Shown one piece after another: positions 7,038-13,595 of a stretch of DNA of 38,821 nucleotides. The position numbers and the translations under genes are program-made. The stretch's first letter is position 1, and each line of letters begins with the position of its first letter. The notes under the pieces were generated by a model, which saw nothing but the letters and a program-made list of their open reading frames with translations, was not told the DNA's origin and ran no database searches. The stretch lies in assembly GCA_016189965.1 (NCBI GenBank), contig JACPRL010000183.1, forward strand, positions 1 through 38,821. The letters run 5' to 3'. Source of the DNA: Acidobacteriota bacterium. Lineage in GTDB: Bacteria > Acidobacteriota > Terriglobia > Acidiferrales > 2-02-FULL-67-57.

Positions 7038-7787
7038 TTAGTGGGCGTAGCCTTCAGCGAACAGCCGCGACATCGCCACTAGCGACTTCGTGCGGTCCTT
7101 GAACAGTTCCGCCAGCCCCAGGAAGCGCTCCGCCAGTCTCCGCTCCAGCCTCTCCCGGCAGAACACCACCAGCACCACAATCTGCCCGCCCGTGTAGGCC
7201 CCGCCGGTGCCGAAGACGCTCTTCACCTTGTAGGCGGAAACAAAATCCTGCGCCGCGATGATCTTCCGCCCCTGGTGGTCGGTCGCCTCCGCCGCGTCCT
7301 CGACGAAGAACAATCCTGCCGCCCGCCCCATCGTCCGCTCAATGATGTCGGAGTCCTGGCTGTCCACCCACCCCAGCGGCACCCCCAGCTCCTTCAGCAG
7401 CCGGGCAATCATCGGGATCGTATCCACGAACGCCGACGACACCAGCGGAATCCCCATGTGCTCCTTCGAGCGCCGCCGATCGTTCCACTCCGCTTCCTCG
7501 CCGTGCGTGCCCAGCAGCGAGAGCACCGGCGTCGTCGCTTTCAACTCCCCCGCCACCCCGGCCGACTCTGCCAGCCGCCGCACGAACTGCTCCACGGTCC
7601 CCAGCAGTGCCAGATAGGGAACGGTGAGGAAGACGCGCGCCAGCACCACCGACTCGGCAAACTCGGTGTGCACCGCTGCCGCCAGCGCCTGTGCTGCCTC
7701 CTCCATCGCCCTGGCTTTTTGCACCTGTGGCTCGACGCGCGCCCACAGCTTCATCAGCGTGTCGGGAGTGGCGTCCCCGATCTTCAT
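7038..7787 (-). CDS. hypothetical protein (possibly GAF-like fold)
   Basis: ORF trimmed to MKIGDATPDTLMKLW at 7787 with RBS GAGGGGGAAG. 249 aa. No diagnostic motif recognised. The VKSVFGTGGAYTGGQIVVLVVFCRE segment is reminiscent of GAF-type domains. Confidence 0.6.
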   Translation of the reverse strand: MKIGDATPDTLMKLWARVEPQVQKARAMEEAAQALAAAVHTEFAESVVLARVFLTVPYLALLGTVEQFVRRLAESAGVAGELKATTPVLSLLGTHGEEAEWNDRRRSKEHMGIPLVSSAFVDTIPMIARLLKELGVPLGWVDSQDSDIIERTMGRAAGLFFVEDAAEATDHQGRKIIAAQDFVSAYKVKSVFGTGGAYTGGQIVVLVVFCRERLERRLAERFLGLAELFKDRTKSLVAMSRLFAEGYAH

Positions 7788-7862
7788 CGGCTTCCCCCTC
7801 GCCGTCCGGGTGCCGCGAGTCTCGAGTCGCTCTGAGGCTGCGCTGCGTGAGGTGATGCCCGG

Positions 7863-7891
7863 ATTCTCCCCCCGCGCCCCCACCCTGTCAA
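7863..7891 (-). promoter_or_regulatory. sigma70-like promoter for the 7038..7787 gene
   Basis: The minus strand reads TTGACA-N17-GAGAAT, about 75 nt upstream of the ATG at 7787. Confidence 0.45.
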
Positions 7892-7940
7892 CACCAACGG
7901 GTCGCGGGTCACGAACCACGAGTCACGCTCTTATCCGCGT

Positions 7941-7992
7941 CTATCTGTGCCTGCCCGCCGTAGCCTTGGCGAAGGCGGGTGCATCTGTGGTT
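7941..7992 (+). repeat. CTGTG-family repeat copy split by a GC hairpin
   Basis: ctatctgtgc + hairpin cccgcc-gta-gcc-tt-ggc-gaa-ggcggg (7954..7979) + tgcatctgtggtt (7980..7992). The last part equals positions 18-30 of the 30-mer at 9658. Confidence 0.7.
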
Positions 7993-8014
7993 TCAATCAG
8001 TTAGAATCGCCGCC

Positions 8015-9187
8015 ATGCTCCGCTTCCACACCGCCGGCGAGTCGCACGGCCAATGCCTCACCGCACTCGTTTCCGGCCTCCCCCTCGGCGTCCCGGTCGA
8101 CCTCGTTTTCATCAACCGCGAACTCCGCCGCCGCCAGGCCGGCTACGGTCGCAGCACGCGGATGAAGCTCGAGCATGACCAAGTTGCCATCCTCTCTGGC
8201 GTCCGGCACGGGCAGACCATCGGCTCGCCCGTCACGCTTCAAATCGAAAACAAAGACTGGGCCAACTGGGAAGACACCCTGCCGGTCGAAGACAAGCCCG
8301 TCCCGCCGGAAAAGCAGCGCCCGCTCACCCAGCCCCGCCCCGGCCACGCCGACCTCGCCGGCGCGCTGAAGTTCAACCTCCACGACGCGCGCTACATCCT
8401 CGAGCGCGCCAGCGCGCGGGAAACCGCTGCCCGCGTCGCCGCCGGCGCCCTGGCCAAGCCCTTCCTCCGCGCCTTCGGCATCGAAGTCCTGAGCCACACG
8501 GTCGCCATCGGCGCCGTCCGCCTCGAGCGCGCAGCAGCCTGGGAGGAAATTGTCGGCGCCTGCCAGGACCCCGACGCTGAAATCCGCTGCGTCGATGCTG
8601 CCCGGGGCGCGGAGATGAAAAAGTTGATTGACCGCGCCATCGCTGACCGCGACTCTCTCGGCGGCGTCTTCGAAGTCGTCGCTCACAACGTCCCGCCCGG
8701 CCTCGGCTCTCACACCCACTGGGACGAGCGGCTCGACGCCCGCCTCGCTCAGGCCCTGATGTCCATCCCGGCGGTCAAAGCGGTCGAAATCGGCTCCGGC
8801 ATCTCGAACGCCTTCGCCTTCGGCTCCCAGGTGCACGACGAAATCCTCTACGACCCCGCCCGCCGCCGCTTCACCCGCCCCTCGAACCACGCCGGCGGCC
8901 TCGAAGGTGGAATGACCAACGCCGAAGACCTCGTCCTCCGCGGCTACCTCAAACCCATCTCCACCCTCCGCCGCCCCCTGCGCTCGGTTGACCTCGTCAC
9001 CAAAGAGCCGGTCAAGGCCGCCTATGAGCGTTCCGACGTCTGCGTCGTCCCCGCCGCCGGCGTCATCGGCGAAGCCATGGCCGCGCTAGAGCTCGCCGCC
9101 GCCTTCCGCGAAAAATTCGGTGGCGACACGCTCGAGGTAGCCCGCCGCATCTTCTCCGCCTACCTCACCCAACTCCAAAACTTTTGA
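8015..9187 (+). CDS. aroC: chorismate synthase
   Basis: MLRFHTAGESHGQCL... carries the chorismate synthase signature (GESHG). 390 aa. ORF 7979..9187 trimmed to the Met at 8015. Confidence 0.95.
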   Translation: MLRFHTAGESHGQCLTALVSGLPLGVPVDLVFINRELRRRQAGYGRSTRMKLEHDQVAILSGVRHGQTIGSPVTLQIENKDWANWEDTLPVEDKPVPPEKQRPLTQPRPGHADLAGALKFNLHDARYILERASARETAARVAAGALAKPFLRAFGIEVLSHTVAIGAVRLERAAAWEEIVGACQDPDAEIRCVDAARGAEMKKLIDRAIADRDSLGGVFEVVAHNVPPGLGSHTHWDERLDARLAQALMSIPAVKAVEIGSGISNAFAFGSQVHDEILYDPARRRFTRPSNHAGGLEGGMTNAEDLVLRGYLKPISTLRRPLRSVDLVTKEPVKAAYERSDVCVVPAAGVIGEAMAALELAAAFREKFGGDTLEVARRIFSAYLTQLQNF

Positions 9188-9217
9188 AACCACAGATACA
9201 CACAGATGCACACAGAT
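9188..9217 (-). repeat. CTGTG-family 30-mer, inverted copy (left arm of the GxxExxY cassette)
   Basis: AACCACAGATACACACAGATGCACACAGAT matches the reverse complement of 9658..9687 at 28/30 (hand count). Confidence 0.85.
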
Positions 9218-9595
9218 AAGGCAGAGCCGGATTACCCGGAGGCAGAGCTCACCGAGAAGATTCTTGCCGCCGCTTTCAAAGTGCAGAATGTCTTGGGTTG
9301 CGGCTTCTTGGAAAAAGTCGACGAGAACGCATTGGTCGTCGAACTGAGCCGGCAGCAGCTACGCACCCAGCAGCAGAAGCCTCTGCAGGTGAGATACGAA
9401 GGCGCGATTGTTGGCGAGTATACGGCTGACCTCGTGGTTGAGGATCGCGTGATCGTCGAGTGCAAAGCCGTCACGCAACTCGACCCCGTCCATGAAGCTC
9501 AACTGCTAAACTACCTGAAGGCAACGGGCATCCGTGTCGGCTTGCTGCTGAACTTCGGCCGTCCGAAGCTCCAGTACCGCCGCTTTGTAGCTTAG
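9206..9595 (+). CDS. GxxExxY protein (PD-(D/E)xK nuclease-fold family, PDDEXK_3-like)
   Basis: 129 aa. Contains GAIVGEYTADLVVEDRVIVECKA (GxxExxY followed by a D..E.K-type core) and LLNYLKATGIRVGLLLNF, as typical for the family. Confidence 0.85.
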   Translation: MHTDKAEPDYPEAELTEKILAAAFKVQNVLGCGFLEKVDENALVVELSRQQLRTQQQKPLQVRYEGAIVGEYTADLVVEDRVIVECKAVTQLDPVHEAQLLNYLKATGIRVGLLLNFGRPKLQYRRFVA

Positions 9596-9657
9596 GGCGA
9601 TATGCGCTTGCTGTTGGGGGCTCGTGCGTCGGACCCAGATGATTGGAGTCTGTCAAA

Positions 9658-9687
9658 ATCTGTGTGTATCTGTGTGCATCTGTGGTT
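9658..9687 (+). repeat. CTGTG-family 30-mer (three 10-bp units)
   Basis: ATCTGTGTGT ATCTGTGTGC ATCTGTGGTT. Identical 30/30 to 24443..24472. Ends 3 nt before the def ATG. Confidence 0.9.
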
Positions 9688-9690
9688 CCA

Positions 9691-10200
9691 ATGATTTATC
9701 CGATTGTTAAATACGGGGCGTCGGTGCTGGAACACAAGGCGGCGCCGGTGACCGCCTTCGACGCCAAGCTCGCCCGGCTCGTCGAAGACATGTTCGAGTC
9801 CATGTACGCCGCCCACGGCGTCGGCCTCGCCGCCCCCCAGATCGGTATCCCGCTTCAGCTCGCCGTCATTGACACGACCAGCGGCGCTGACCCCGCTGCC
9901 CGCCTCGTCCTCGCCAACCCGGAAATCCTCGCCACCGAAGGCAAGCAGAACGAAGAGGAAGGCTGCCTGAGCCTCCCCGGCTTCCACGCCGTCATCCGCC
10001 GCCCCGCCCGCGTCACCGTCCGCGCCCAGAATGTCTCCGGCAAGCCGTTCACCCGCACCGGCGAAGCCCTCCTCGCCCGCGCCTTCTGCCACGAGATTGA
10101 CCACCTCCACGGCCGCCTCTTCCTCGCGCATCTCTCCGCGCTGAAGCGCGACCTCATCCGCCGCAAAATCCGCAAACTCATCAAAGCCGGCGACTGGTGA
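9691..10200 (+). CDS. def: peptide deformylase
   Basis: Contains the GVGLAAPQIG, EGCLSLPG and HEIDHLHG motifs. 169 aa from the Met at 9691. Confidence 0.95.
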   Translation: MIYPIVKYGASVLEHKAAPVTAFDAKLARLVEDMFESMYAAHGVGLAAPQIGIPLQLAVIDTTSGADPAARLVLANPEILATEGKQNEEEGCLSLPGFHAVIRRPARVTVRAQNVSGKPFTRTGEALLARAFCHEIDHLHGRLFLAHLSALKRDLIRRKIRKLIKAGDW

Positions 10201-10292
10201 CACTTCAGTGTCACCCTGAGCGGAGTCCCGACAACCGTCGGGACGCAGTCGAAGGGGCCGCTTCCTCTGTGCTCTCTGTGCCCTCTGTGGTA
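10196..10292 (+). repeat. composite intergenic element: two 8-bp-stem hairpins + GTCACCCTGAGC module + CTCTGTG-type repeat
   Basis: First hairpin ggtgacac-ttca-gtgtcacc (10196..10215) overlaps the def stop. Second hairpin gtcccgac-aacc-gtcgggac (10225..10244). Then cctctgtgctctctgtgccctctgtgg (10264..10290). Same architecture as 24379..24472. Confidence 0.7.
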
Positions 10293-10303
10293 AATCAGTC
10301 CTG

Positions 10304-11266
10304 ATGAAACTGCTCTTTTGCGGCACGCCTGAGTTCGCTGTCCCGACACTCCGCCGGCTGCACGCGGAGACGTTTGACATTGCCGCTGTCGTCACCCAGC
10401 CCGACCGGCCCAAGGGCCGCGGCCTCGCCCCCGCCGCCCCACCCGTGAAGCTGGCAGCGCAGCAGCTCGGCCTGCCCGTCGAGCAACCCGACAAGTTCAA
10501 AGGCGAGCCCGGCCGCGCGCTGCTGGCCCGGCACCAGCCCGACGCTGTCGTCATCGTCGGCTACGGCCAACTCATCCCCGCCGACTTGCTCCGCCTCCCC
10601 CGCCACGGCTGGATCAACCTCCACGCCTCGCTGCTTCCCAAATACCGCGGCGCCGCCCCCGTCCAGTGGGCACTCATCAACGGCGAAACCGCCACGGGCG
10701 TCACCACCTTCCAGCTCGACGAAGGCCTCGACACCGGCCCCATCTTCCTCCAACGCGAAGTCCCCATCGCCGAAGACGACAACGCCCTCACGCTCAGCCA
10801 CCGCCTGGCCGAAGTCGGTGCCGAGTTGATGGTTGAAACCCTGCGCCGCCTCGCCGCCGGCCAGCTCACCCCAGAGCCGCAGGACCACTCCCGCGCCACC
10901 AAAGCCCCGCTGCTCAAGCGAGAGCACGGCCGCCTCAACTTCTCGCTTCCCGCCCGCGACATCTCGAACCGCATCCGCGGCCTCGTCCCCTGGCCCGGTG
11001 CCTTCACCTCCTTCCGCGGCACCCTGCTTCATATCTGGCACGCGAAGCCCGTCGGGCCGCCCGCCGGCGTCGTCCAACCACCTGCTCCCGGCACGCTCCT
11101 GGTCGAAAGGCACGCCCTCTACGTCGCCTGCGGCCCCGAAGCTTCGGGGAACACCTGGCTGCGCCTCGAAGAACTCCAGCCCGCCGGCCGCAAACGCCTC
11201 TCCGCCACCGACTTCATCAACGGCTTCCACGTCCGCACCGGCGAAAAGCTGGAGACACCGGCCTGA
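10304..11266 (+). CDS. fmt: methionyl-tRNA formyltransferase
   Basis: 320 aa. FCGTPEFAVPTL N-terminus and HASLLPKYRGAAPVQWALING motif. Classic def-fmt pairing. Confidence 0.95.
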   Translation: MKLLFCGTPEFAVPTLRRLHAETFDIAAVVTQPDRPKGRGLAPAAPPVKLAAQQLGLPVEQPDKFKGEPGRALLARHQPDAVVIVGYGQLIPADLLRLPRHGWINLHASLLPKYRGAAPVQWALINGETATGVTTFQLDEGLDTGPIFLQREVPIAEDDNALTLSHRLAEVGAELMVETLRRLAAGQLTPEPQDHSRATKAPLLKREHGRLNFSLPARDISNRIRGLVPWPGAFTSFRGTLLHIWHAKPVGPPAGVVQPPAPGTLLVERHALYVACGPEASGNTWLRLEELQPAGRKRLSATDFINGFHVRTGEKLETPA

Positions 11267-11288
11267 ACGAAGCCTAATCTGGGTTCAG

Positions 11289-11310
11289 CCCAGCGGCTCC
11301 TGCCGCTGGG
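11289..11310 (+). terminator. hairpin downstream of fmt (no U-tract)
   Basis: cccagcgg-ctcctg-ccgctggg, an 8-bp GC stem 23 nt after the fmt stop. Confidence 0.3.
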
Positions 11311-11325
11311 AACCGTGTGGGAGCG

Positions 11326-11353
11326 TTGACACGAACCGGCCATCTGCTAAAAT
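11326..11353 (+). promoter_or_regulatory. sigma70 promoter of the toxin-antitoxin operon
   Basis: TTGACA (11326-11331), N16, TAAAAT (11348-11353), with an extended -10 TGc. Confidence 0.65.
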
Positions 11354-11380
11354 TTGATTGATATCAATCAACATCAATCA
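11354..11380. promoter_or_regulatory. palindromic operator (probable antitoxin binding site)
   Basis: TTGATTGATATCAATCAA is a perfect 18-bp palindrome (11354..11371). An extra half-site ATCAATCA follows (11373..11380). It sits immediately after the -10 element. Confidence 0.6.
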
Positions 11381-11389
11381 GGAAGGACC

Positions 11390-11689
11390 ATGGTCAATCG
11401 CATCCCCCTTACGAAAGCCCGGGTCAACCTCGGGCAACTGGTGCGCCGCGTTCATGTCAACAAGGAGTACTTCATTCTGGAAAAGGACGGCATTCCAGTC
11501 GCCGGCCTGATGGACGCGGAAGAACTGGAGGACTACCTCGAGGTGCGCAACCCGAGCGTCCGAGAACACATCCGGGCCAGCCACGACGAGTATCTGGCCG
11601 GCAAGGCGCGCCCGGCGGAGGCTTTGCTGACCCGGACCAGGAAAAACAAGCGGCGTCGCTCCAGGGCTCGGCGACCTCGAAAGGCATGA
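11390..11689 (+). CDS. type II antitoxin, Phd/YefM family
   Basis: RBS AGGAAGGA. MVNRIPLTKARVNLGQLVRRV...YFILEKDGIPVAGLM. 4-nt ATGA overlap with the downstream toxin. Unusual Arg/Lys-rich C-terminal tail. Confidence 0.8.
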   Translation: MVNRIPLTKARVNLGQLVRRVHVNKEYFILEKDGIPVAGLMDAEELEDYLEVRNPSVREHIRASHDEYLAGKARPAEALLTRTRKNKRRRSRARRPRKA

Positions 11690-11976
11690 CGCTGCTTTTT
11701 CGCGTCCTGGCCACACCCCATTTTGACCACCTCTTCCGAAAACTCGGCAAACACCACCCAGATCTTCAAGGCATCTTCCGGGATGCACTCAGCACCCTGC
11801 AGACCGACCCGCACAACCGGACTCGCCGGCACGCTATCAAGAAACTCGAAGGGCTCAAGCCCGGCGAAGGGCAGTACCGGCTCCGCCTCGGGCGCTGGCG
11901 CTTTCGCTATGATATCGCCGGCCAGGACGTAGTTCTCCACTACTGCGGACTGCGCCGGGAAGAAACCTATCGCTAG
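11686..11976 (+). CDS. type II toxin, RelE/ParE family
   Basis: 96 aa. YRLRLGRWRFRYDIAGQDVVLHYCGLRREETY is the typical RelE/ParE C-terminal core. Translationally coupled to the antitoxin. Confidence 0.8.
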   Translation: MTLLFRVLATPHFDHLFRKLGKHHPDLQGIFRDALSTLQTDPHNRTRRHAIKKLEGLKPGEGQYRLRLGRWRFRYDIAGQDVVLHYCGLRREETYR

Positions 11977-11991
11977 GAGTTGGAGTAGTCC

Positions 11992-12780
11992 TTGATGCTC
12001 TTCGGTGCCGCCATCGCTTTGCTGCTCGGAGGGTTGGCCGTCTACGCCTTCCTCATCGAGCCCTATTGGCTCCACGCCACCTACCACCGCCTACCGGCCC
12101 CCGTCCGCGCGCCGCTGAAAATTGCCCTGCTCAGCGACCTGCACACGCTCGGCCTCGGCCGCCGCGAACGCAAACTCCTCCGCCTGCTCGAAGCCGAACA
12201 GCCCGACGCCATCCTCATCGCCGGCGACTCCCGTTCCACCTCCCGGCGCGCCACCTACGAATCCATCCGCGAGACGCTCTCCCACCTGCGCGCCCCGCTC
12301 GGCGTCTGGCTCGTGCGCGGTAACCACGACAAGGACGCCCGCCGCCTCGCCCAGGCGCTCGACGGCCTCGAAAGCGACGGCATCCACCTCCTCCTCAACC
12401 AGGGCTGCGCCCTGCGGCCCGACGTCTGGCTCGCCGGCCTTGACGACGTCCGCGGCGGCCGCCCCGACCCCGACCTCGCTCTCCGCGACGCCCCCGCCGG
12501 CGCCTGCCGCATCGCTCTCTTCCATTGCCCGGTAGGATTCGAGCCGCTCGCCGGCCGCGTCGAACTCGCTCTCGCCGCTCACACCCACGGCGGCCAGGTG
12601 CACCTGCCCTTCATCCGTCCCTTCTGGCTCCCGCGCGGCTGCGGCTCCTACCTCGAAGGTTGGTATGAGAAGAACGGCACGCCGATGTACGTCACCCGCG
12701 GCCTCGGCACCTCCGGCCTGGCGCTGCGCTTCCGCTGCCGCCCCGAAGTCGCTTTCCTCCTCCTCGAACCCTCCCACTGA
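11992..12780 (+). CDS. metallophosphoesterase (membrane-anchored, YkuE-like)
   Basis: N-terminal TM segment, then the LSDLHT, GDS, RGNHD and HTHGGQ motifs. Confidence 0.85.
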   Translation: MMLFGAAIALLLGGLAVYAFLIEPYWLHATYHRLPAPVRAPLKIALLSDLHTLGLGRRERKLLRLLEAEQPDAILIAGDSRSTSRRATYESIRETLSHLRAPLGVWLVRGNHDKDARRLAQALDGLESDGIHLLLNQGCALRPDVWLAGLDDVRGGRPDPDLALRDAPAGACRIALFHCPVGFEPLAGRVELALAAHTHGGQVHLPFIRPFWLPRGCGSYLEGWYEKNGTPMYVTRGLGTSGLALRFRCRPEVAFLLLEPSH

Positions 12781-12798
12781 CCTCTGCTCTTCCCTTCC

Positions 12799-12846
12799 TT
12801 GCCTCTTTGCCTCTTTGCCTCTTTGTTTCTTTGCCTCTTAGCCTCC
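12799..12846 (+). repeat. tandem 8-mer array (TTGCCTCT x6, two units degenerate)
   Basis: ttgcctct ttgcctct ttgcctct ttgtttct ttgcctct tagcctcc, read directly from the sequence. Confidence 0.85.
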
Positions 12847-12861
12847 TACCCCCTGTGCCTG

Positions 12862-12870
12862 TGCTACAAT
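12862..12870 (+). promoter_or_regulatory. extended -10 element (TGcTACAAT) upstream of rpe
   Basis: TG-n-TACAAT ends 9 nt before the rpe ATG. There is no Shine-Dalgarno sequence in between. Confidence 0.4.
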
Positions 12871-12879
12871 TCTTCGTTT

Positions 12880-13578
12880 ATGCGGGGAATCAAAAGCAAC
12901 GGCCCGGTGGAAATCGCCCCCTCCATCCTGGCCGCCGACTTCACCCGCCTCGGCGAGCAAATCGCCGAGCTTAAAGCCGCCGGCTGCCAGCTCCTCCACA
13001 TCGACGTCATGGACGGCCACTTCGTCCCCAATCTCACCATTGGCCTCCCCGTCGTCCGCTCGCTCCGCCGAGCCACCGACCTCGCCCTCGACTGCCACCT
13101 GATGATTTCCGAGCCCGACCGCTACGTCGAAGCCTTTGCCGAGGCCGGCGCCGACATGATTTCGGTTCATCAGGAGGCCGCCCCGCACCTCGACCGCACA
13201 CTCGCCGCCATCCGCGCTGCCGGCGCCCGCGCCGGCGTGGCGCTCAACCCCGCCACCCCTGTGGTGCTGCTCAGCGAGGTGCTCCCGCAGGTGGATTACG
13301 TGCTCGTGATGTCGGTCAACCCCGGCTTTGCCGGTCAGCAATTCCTCCCCGGCGCCCTGGCCAAGCTCCGCCAGTTGGCCGACTGGCGCGCCGACCGCCG
13401 TCTCCATTTTTGCCTTGAAGTGGACGGGGGAATTGGGGTAGAAACTATCGGGGAGGCAGTTCGAGCCGGAGCCGATCTCGTAGTGGTAGCCACATCCATT
13501 TTCCACGCGCCCAACCCCCGGCAGAGCTTCGAACAGTTGCGCCAACTGGCCTGGTCGGCCGTCGCCGAGAAAGTCTGA
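12880..13578 (+). CDS. rpe: ribulose-phosphate 3-epimerase
   Basis: Contains PSILAADF, HIDVMDGHFVPNLT and MSVNPGFAGQQF motifs. ORF trimmed to the Met at 12880. Confidence 0.95.
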   Translation: MRGIKSNGPVEIAPSILAADFTRLGEQIAELKAAGCQLLHIDVMDGHFVPNLTIGLPVVRSLRRATDLALDCHLMISEPDRYVEAFAEAGADMISVHQEAAPHLDRTLAAIRAAGARAGVALNPATPVVLLSEVLPQVDYVLVMSVNPGFAGQQFLPGALAKLRQLADWRADRRLHFCLEVDGGIGVETIGEAVRAGADLVVVATSIFHAPNPRQSFEQLRQLAWSAVAEKV

Positions 13579-13595
13579 ACGCTTTGCTTGCGGCA

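Larger units (their letters stand above)
4626..7038. other. accessory segment bounded by 95-bp direct repeats
   Basis: Lies between the two copies of the gene 3' end (4531..4625 and 7039..7133). Contains a T-rich repeat, a promoter and the cysteine-rich protein gene. No recombinase is present. Confidence 0.55.
9188..9687 (+). mobile_element. candidate IR-bounded GxxExxY cassette (mobility unproven)
   Basis: 30-bp imperfect inverted repeats bracket a single lower-GC gene wedged between aroC and def. The gene's start codon lies inside the left arm. Confidence 0.3.

Noticed and set aside
7931-7939. DnaA-box-like words (TTATCCGCG here, TGTGGATGT at 4924) as a hint of oriC near parS.
   Set aside because: Each is only a 7/9 match. 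They are isolated, with no cluster and no AT-rich unwinding element.
9658-9687. Whether the short tandem units (10-mers here, 8-mers at 12799, 7-mers at 1854/4711) form CRISPR arrays.
   Set aside because: The units are 7-10 bp, directly abutting with no spacers. There are no cas genes in the window.
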